Source of the DNA: Penicillus capitatus
Taxonomy: Eukaryota; Plantae; Chlorophyta
NCBI GenBank assembly: GCA_965649825.1
Contig: OZ287697.1
Coordinates: 1,226,351 to 1,290,350, forward strand
Length of the DNA stretch: 64,000 nucleotides
Reading direction: 5' to 3'
The stretch's first letter is position 1. Every line of letters begins with the position of its first letter. Below, in pieces: positions 56,753-64,000 of this stretch. Made by a program: the position numbers and the translations under genes. The notes below the pieces were generated by a model. That model was not told the origin of the DNA, searched no databases, and was given only the letters and a program-made list of their open reading frames with translations.

Positions 56753-59700
56753 ATGCGACGCCGTTTCCTTGGTTTGCTGCTGACGCTCGTCGCCTTTGGC
56801 GCAAGTGCGACCGCGTTCGTCTGCCGGAGGTCTCACCTCCGCCGAGCTTTGGCCGCAGAAACGGCAGAAGATGCCTCGAGCACTTATGTTTCTACAAAGA
56901 TTCTTAGCTCAGAACCGTCCGCAGTCCCAGAAAGAAAGGCATCTGCACCGCCTAGTGCAAAAGAGTCTGCCTCGTTCCCGACGAAGCACTCGCACAGTAC
57001 AGCTCCGCCCCTCACGTCCGAGACGCGCGAGACTGCAGAGAAAGAACGCCCATCTGTGGCTGGAAGAGGTCGGAGTGAGAGCCGTTCTCTGCGCCAGGAC
57101 GATGGCCGCGACGATAATCTTAAAAGTAAGGAAGGCCCTTTGCTGTCTTCGAGAACACCTGCTTGACGCCGGCGCTCTTGGTTTTCGCAGGCGTTCCTTG
57201 TTCGCTCAGCGAACGAACCATCGAAGAGCACCTGAACGAAACGACGAGAACGTGGCGTATCAACCGTTCGATTCTTAACGACGTCGAAGATCCTATCCAA
57301 GTCATTGTCAACTGTACGAAGCCAGGCGACGTCCTCTCCTTCAGTCCGAAGCGCAGAATCCGGCCGTCTCCGCCCATCGTCATACCATGGCCATTGACGT
57401 TGACTGCCCCAGTGAGCAGTTCCGAACTCGAAGAAGGCGTGTTCCCCCGTGCCGATACAAAGACGACCTTCACCTGTCCTAATAGAGGAGAGGGTGTGTT
57501 CCTGGTGAAGTGAGCTTCGAATTCCCCCATCCGCTGTTGTCTGACGTCGATGTCGCCTTTAGTTCGACAGGTGTCCTTTTCGCCAATCTGATCTTTGAGG
57601 GATGCGATTTCACTGCAGCGAACAGCAATGAAGACGCCATCGTCAGAGTCGTCGACGACGACTGTGCGACGACTCGTGCAGACGATCAGCTGCGTCTGCA
57701 CCACGTCGATTTCCGATACAACAGCCTCGCCGAGAACAACGCCATCCGAGTGCACTCACCATCGTGCTTAAAGCTGGAACTCGTCGACCTTGGTTTCGAG
57801 AACAATACCTGCAGCGGTCCATGCATCGTCTTCCCGTCCAATCAAAGCAGTCGGCTGCGCGACATCAGAGTCCGGAACATCACGTCGTCGGGAGAAGCTG
57901 CCGACGCCACGACCGTGTTTTGGGGTCCTCCTCGTTCGAAGATGAACGTCACTCGGCTGACAGCGGCCGACAACACGATCCAGATCTTCAGCATCGAAGA
58001 CGGCACACTGGTGCTAAACCACTCGAAGCTGACGAACAACAGCGCGACAGTTGGAAGTCCAGTCTATTTGGCAAAGTCCAATGGAACATTCGAAAACGTC
58101 AGCTTCGTTGGAAACGGTGCCACTCACAGCGCCGGATCTCTCATGTCGGACAACTCAACGATCCGCATTAATAACTGCACCTTCGAGGAGGGCAATTCCG
58201 CCGAATTCGGCGGGTTCGTCGACGCCGAAGAACATTCTCTGGTGACCATCAGAGACTCGAACTTCAGTCGTGGGAAAGCGAAGGACGGAGGATGTCTTCG
58301 AGTACATCTCTCAAATCTCACTCTTCATAACGTGACGCTGCGAGAGTGTCATTCCGTGGTCGACGGAGCGGCGATTCGTCTGTCCAATGCGACTGCCAAC
58401 ATCAAAAACACTACGCTGGATTCGAACAGAGCGGGCGACGATGGAGGATGCCTGTATGCAGAGTTCTCCAATGTTACCGGAGACGACTGGACCGTGAAGA
58501 AGAACTCGGCTGGCGATCACGCAGGCGGACTCCGGGTGCGACTCGAGACGAATCTCAGTCTCGCCAACTCCGTTTTCCTCGACAACGAGGCAGACAGAGG
58601 GGGAGCCGTGTCTCAGGAGCTGGCTTCCGTCGTCAACTTCACAGATGTCTCATTCTCTGGCAACGTTGCTGCGACCGAGGGCGGTGCGTTCTACATAACC
58701 AATTCGACGACGATCCTCAGCAGCTGCACTTTCAATGACGGCAGAGCTGATGATGGCGGTATCCTGTTCGCAAGGAAGATGACCACAGTGAACATTTCCT
58801 CGTCGATCATGAAGCATGGCACTGCGAGACGCGGGGGGTGCCTGCTCGCTCTCGACGGGTCGGTCAGAGTTGCGAATTCGACGATGGAGAACTGCACGTC
58901 CAAGGAAGACGGCGGGGCCATGCACCTGCGCAACATCGCAGCACACATCTCGAATTCCAGTTTTCTGTCGAATAGCGCAGAGGATAGTGGCGGAGCCGTC
59001 TTCGCCGATGAGAAGACCATTCTCGAAGGTCGGGAATGGTGCGTGAAAAACAACAGCGCCGGGGGCGACGGAGGTGGCGTTCTGTTGAAGCAGTCCACGA
59101 TCCAAGTGAAGGACTCTCTCTTCCGAAACAACTCTGCTCTCCACGGCGGCGCTGTGCATCAGAGCTCTTCCTCAAATGGAACGTTCTTAAACGCGACGAT
59201 GGTAAACAACACGTGCTCAAGGAATGGAGGCGCCTTCTTCACCGTCGATTCGTCAAGGCTGAATATCTCTAACTCTAAGTTTCGTGGTGGAAGCGCAGAA
59301 GACGACGGCGGGTTCGTTGCAGCCATTTCGAAGAGCTCTGTCGATCTGGAGCACACCAACATGACGAACGGAAACGCAACGAATGGAGGAGCCGTTTTCC
59401 TCTCCGACAGTCTCTTCAAAGGGGATCATCTCAACGTCACCGAGTGTTCCGCCAGTTCAACGGGCGGAGGATTCTCCTTCGAATCCGAAAACCTGGAAAT
59501 GCTCACAGTTCAGCTTAATCACTCCATCGTGCAGGACAACACAGCTCGTCTAGGAGGTGAGGATCCGCAGCCGGTCTCTGATGCATTCGATCTGTTTTAT
59601 CAGGTGGCCTGTATGTGAAAAACAGCAGTGGACACCTCAACTGCTCGGAGGGCAACTCCGATTGCTTCGTCGTCACTATGCTGAACACGACTTTCGTGAA

Positions 59701-62222
59701 CAACAGCGCTGCTTATGCAGGAGGCGCCATCTTCACGAGCAGCTCTGTGAACGTTGGTGTCATTTGTGACAGTGAGACAGACGATGGCGCTGAGAATTCA
59801 TCGTTGTCCGTCTGTCCATGGTGGATAGGCAACACGGCCGAAACATATGGTCATGTCGTTGCTTCGTTCGCATCACAAGTCAACGTGACCGTCAATGAAA
59901 GGGGCATCACAGGTTCAGAGGAGGATGGCCCGTACATATACAGAAGCGGATCGCCCCTCTCCATCAGTCTGGAGATCCGAGATGGTTTTGATCAAGGTCC
60001 TGCGGTGGGAAGAAATGGCCGTGTGGTTTCCAGCACCATCTCATCTCCAAACAGCCTCTTCTCGGGAAATCAGACAATCCTTTTGGGCTCTCTTTCTACG
60101 GAACTCAACGTGACTGGATTTGCGAAGCCTGGAAACTACACCGTTCTCATCAATTTCGATGAAGACATTCTAAAAGAGGAAGAGATCAATGTCACTGTGC
60201 AGAACTGCACGATTGGCGAAGCCTCTTTAAGAAATGGCACACTTTGCGAGCCCTGCAACGCCGCCACTTACAACGTTGACTTGGATGATGAAGACTCCGA
60301 GTGTCGGCCATGCCCCGACAACGGGAACTGTACAACGAAAGTGATCGTTCCGAAACAAGGGTACTGGCACAGTTCGCCGTGCTCTCCGCACATCCAGAGA
60401 TGTCTGACGACCCATGCATGTGATGGCGATAACAGAACCACCACTCTGCAGGAAATGTCAGAGAACATGGACAACTGTAGCATCAGCAACAAGGAAATCG
60501 AAGAATACCAACAGGGACAGTGTGAAAATGCAAGTTTGATATTCTGATTTTCTCAGGTGTTGATGGTCTCTGTTGTGCATGCAGGGTTATACTGGTCCAC
60601 TCTGTGGATCTTGTATCAGTTCACATGGCAAATCTCACTCTCATCTCTGCGAAGAATGTCGATCGGACGGTGCTGACGTCGTCTTAGTCATGCTGTCATT
60701 TCTTGTTCTGATGGGGTTGTCCGGCATCACCATCAGAAGCAACCTCATCTCTGTCTTTTCATCGAAGCAACAAACACAAGGTTCTCAGTCTTCTGCTGCC
60801 TCCACCAGCACCCACACGTTGCCGTCCGAGAGGAGAATCGAACTGGCAGTTATGGAAGAGCTCAGAGAAGAAGGATCGACTTCTTCGCACAATCAAGAAG
60901 CTGAGCCTTGTCAATCTTCTGAGGACGCAGAGCTCGGCAAATGGAAGGCCGTCGAGCTCTTTAAGGTCTTGAACCTCTCTATTTCCTATTTTGTCTATGC
61001 ATCCTAACTGTTCTTCAGATAACAGTGAACTTTCTGCAGGTCACAGCCATAGCTGTGGCAATCGATGCTCAGTGGACATTCGCGTTAATCGCACTCTTCC
61101 AGACTGCAGGTGACTGGAAGACAACTCTGTCGGACAGTCTCATGACACGTGATGTGTTCTGCAGAGTTCGTCAGCGCCATCACATCAGAAGCTGTAAATC
61201 GATCTGTCGACTGCCTTATCCCAGCAGAAGCTTCTCTGCATCGTTCAATCGACGGTACACTTGTGGATGTATTGCAGCCGTTTGCGTGCACCCTTGTCTT
61301 TGCTGTTTTCTGGCTAGTGATCAAGATCAGAAGCAACAAGCCTTTGATGTACATGTTGAAGCAGTGTGTTCTTAGTGCACTCGTTGTCTGTTATATCAGC
61401 TACATCTCCATCACCAAGACACTCGTCAACATCCTCAACTGCGTTGAGGTCTATGATTCAAATGACACAACAACAGATTACACAACAAAAGTTTACTGGA
61501 CAGTGGACACCAGCGTTGAGTGCTACGAAGGATCCCATGCTGCCTTGGCTTTTTTGCTGGCATGGCCATTCCTCTTCATCTTCACCCTTGGATTTCCCCT
61601 GGCGATCGCATACCTCATCGGTAAGAATGTGACAGAGGATTACAAGGACGGATGGATCTATGCCGTCGCCGGTTTCGTATACCGATCCTACAGCCAGAAG
61701 TACATCTTCTGGGAGTCTGTGATCATGTCCAGGAAGGCCCTTCTCACAGTCGTGGTTGTCTTCTCGTACGATCTGGGTCCCAACATCCAGGCAGTCTTGG
61801 CATCCTTCGTCTTCATCGTGGCACTTTTCTTCCAGATGAAATGTCGTCCTTACCGCGAAGAATTTGATTGTCTTAATGATGTGGAGAGCCTTTCTATTAT
61901 GCTTTCCTTACTCACCTTTGTCAGTAGCATCTTCTTCAGTGACTATCGTGTATCGTATGGGGTTCGTGTGTTGATGAGCGTTTTCCTGCTCTGCGCAAAC
62001 ACCCTCTTCTTTCTCTACCTGTTGGCCCTTTTAGTGACATTTGCGGCTGAGTACCTGAGAAGTGTATTGGTCAGAGAAGGAGTTCACTCATCTTCAGCAA
62101 AAGGCACATTTCGCATTCTCCGTGCCTATCTTGTCGATTACCTCTTCGCTCGTGCGATAGCTGCCATGATCCGATGGGTCAACAAAGGAAGATCTCGTCG
62201 ATACGGCCGTTCTGCAGTTTAA
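56753..62222 (+). CDS. Receptor C2, same architecture, 1,713 aa if intron 4 is spliced
   Basis: Exons 56753-57125, 57191-57509, 57563-59556, 59604-60529, 60585-60965, 61019-61109, 61165-62222 sum to 5,142 nt in frame. The intron-4 donor is AAT|GCAAGT, weaker than AAG|GCAAGT in C1. Confidence 0.87.
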
Positions 62223-62359
62223 AGTTGCTTTGTCGTTTTCAGATCTCTTTCTGTGTATTGGGAATAGGAAGGCGATTAAAACCGTCTCACCTTTCAGTGT
62301 TTGACTAGTTTTTGGTACCGTAAGAGGCCATCAACTGTGAATGGAAAGTGTTTAAGCAA

Positions 62360-64000
62360 AAGTGTCTCTTTGGTGTGTGATTCAGCTGTCGTCCGTCTCG
62401 ATGAACGGCAATCGGCGTTTCGTGGATGTATAGGGACAACAGCAATGATTACCTGACTCATACGAGTGACATCTCGAGATTCTGATTCTAGAGAAACTGA
62501 GGAGCAGCATGTTCCTAACGCTTCATTGCTTCTCTGGTTTCGCCGTGGTCGAAAGCGAAACTCGTGTCTGTCTGTCGAGTCAGACATATGCAGCATTACA
62601 GAAGACTGCATTTCACATGAAGAAGATTTTAGAGTCACATATGAGACACATGTTCGTGACTGAACGCGAGGACGATGAAAAGAGGTTTGTATCGTTGGAG
62701 ATCTCGTTCCAAAGGCAACGACTTGAGAATCACACGAACGCATGCAACAATCACAGATGTTCCGCACATGATATCAATCGTGTCAGCTCACGTATATCGG
62801 CACAAAAGACCGTGAGACATCAGCAAGAAAGGGAAAAACAAAGCGATGATGCGCCCATCGTCGCACAAGACCCCAGTCCCTGACAGAATGCGAGATCGTT
62901 TCGCATGGAGGACTCGTCGTCTTCCACAACATCTTCCTCGTTTCCCTTAAGCAACTCACAGGAGTTGCTACTGTGTTATCTGTCAGCCAGGTTACGCTAC
63001 AGAATGACAGCTAGTTCCAGAGGGGCAGCAATGGAGCCTCACACCATATATGTGCGCCAGAATTGACGCGGGAGAATGGATCCGCGATGATGATGTTTCT
63101 GACGGGCGCACGCACCATGATGCCTCGACCCAACGATGGCAGGGAATTCTTGACACATGGCCGTGGAACGAGGCATGATGTCTGGAAGTGCTCGCCTTCG
63201 AAGTAGACTTCTTTCCCAGAATCGACAGGAACGACGTGTTCACAACGCACACCCTCTGAAAAGACAGTCAACATCAAGACATCCGCAGCGGAGAGCAAAG
63301 GCACAACAATTCGGGATGGATGGCAGAAGTCTTCATTCACACTGTGCATTCAGACCTGCAATCAAGTCGTCAGTCTGAGCCGAAAGAAGAATCGACAAAG
63401 CAATGGGTCACCTTGCAGAGACAGAGCAGAAGGATTGCTTCGAACAGGGTGTATTTGATCGGTGCTAGCTTCTCCGCGCTGTCGGGTGAATTGCGGACGG
63501 CGAGACAAGTCGGTGATTGATTGGCGATCGCGTGTTGGTAGGCCTTTGGCTTTGTGTCCGATTACTCGCTCCATCTGCCGATTGGATGGAAATGGATCTT
63601 TGCGTTTGGCGGTGTTTTGCATACATACGCACAGCGCGCTTGACGGAAAGGACAGCTCGGCCTTCCACTGAACCGCAGTGCCAGCGACAACGAGATACTG
63701 CCAGACTGTTGTTGTTTACCAGCAGAAGGCAAGAGACGCTGCTGTGTCTTCAACGCGACAACGCGGCCTAGGGATTCTGCAGACCGCGTCCTGAAACGGA
63801 AGGATGAGAGGACGGTGATCGAGACAGAACTGGATAAGGATGTGACGCTCTTTGTAAGAGAGGGCGAAATCCTGGTCTGCGGCGTGAAAGGCGACAGATA
63901 ACGGTTTCGCCGTACTGTGCCGTCGAAGACGAAGGTTTAAGCACTGTCACGAGCTCGAGAAAGAATCTGAACTTGTGTCGCTGGTGTGTGTGAATGTTGG
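62360..64000 (-). pseudogene. 3' part of the decayed minus-strand paralog (copy of 31800-33400)
   Basis: Collinear with 31800-33400 at an offset of about 30,560; same TDTSFAFDHG-like remnant at about 62540-62570. Confidence 0.5.

Larger units (their letters stand above)
47300..64000 (+). repeat. Segmental duplication unit, copy 2 (partner 16700-33400); continues past the window end
   Basis: Constant offset of 30,600-30,601 until indels inside the C gene, then about 30,561. Confidence 0.95.

Noticed and set aside
1-64000. CRISPR arrays, rRNA or tRNA genes
   Set aside because: No regularly spaced short repeats with unique spacers, no rRNA-like sequence and no cloverleaf seen; the PBS motifs are only tRNA-complementary 12-mers.

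Overview
Eukaryotic genomic DNA (about 52% GC, standard genetic code, very short 45-65 nt spliceosomal introns; an alga or protist is likely, but the taxon cannot be fixed from this sequence). Almost all non-transposon DNA derives from one gene family encoding about 1,700-aa surface proteins: signal peptide, S/T-rich propeptide ending in RSLR, about 20 Pmp-like FxxN/GGA(I/V) beta-helix repeats, a Cys linker, an Ig-like stalk, a Cys-rich module and an 8-9 TM membrane domain. Three copies have complete reading frames (26152-31661, 36032-41527, 56753-62222) and one runs off the left edge on the minus strand. One is cut by an LTR element (5163-6425), one survives only as a 3' half (16191-18201) and one carries a TGG>TGA nonsense change (43435-48801). 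At least eight decayed relics fill what looks like intergenic DNA. The region from about 16.7-33.4 kb recurs at about 47.3-64 kb (period about 30.6 kb). Its spacers are nearly identical, while the ectodomains are patchworks of modules exchanged among paralogs; one swappable linker carries a KRKR convertase-type site. A 4.9-kb Ty3/gypsy-type element (6426-16190, 157-bp LTRs, A-AAA-AAC frameshift site plus pseudoknot, membrane-type Gag) contains a second, antisense 4.9-kb relative (10480-15377, identical 181-bp LTRs, GTAG target-site duplication) inserted in its integrase. The two elements share an unusual PBS, a non-purine PPT motif and a degenerate dUTPase-like domain. A 5'-truncated LINE with a 15-bp target-site duplication sits in a receptor relic in both duplication units.
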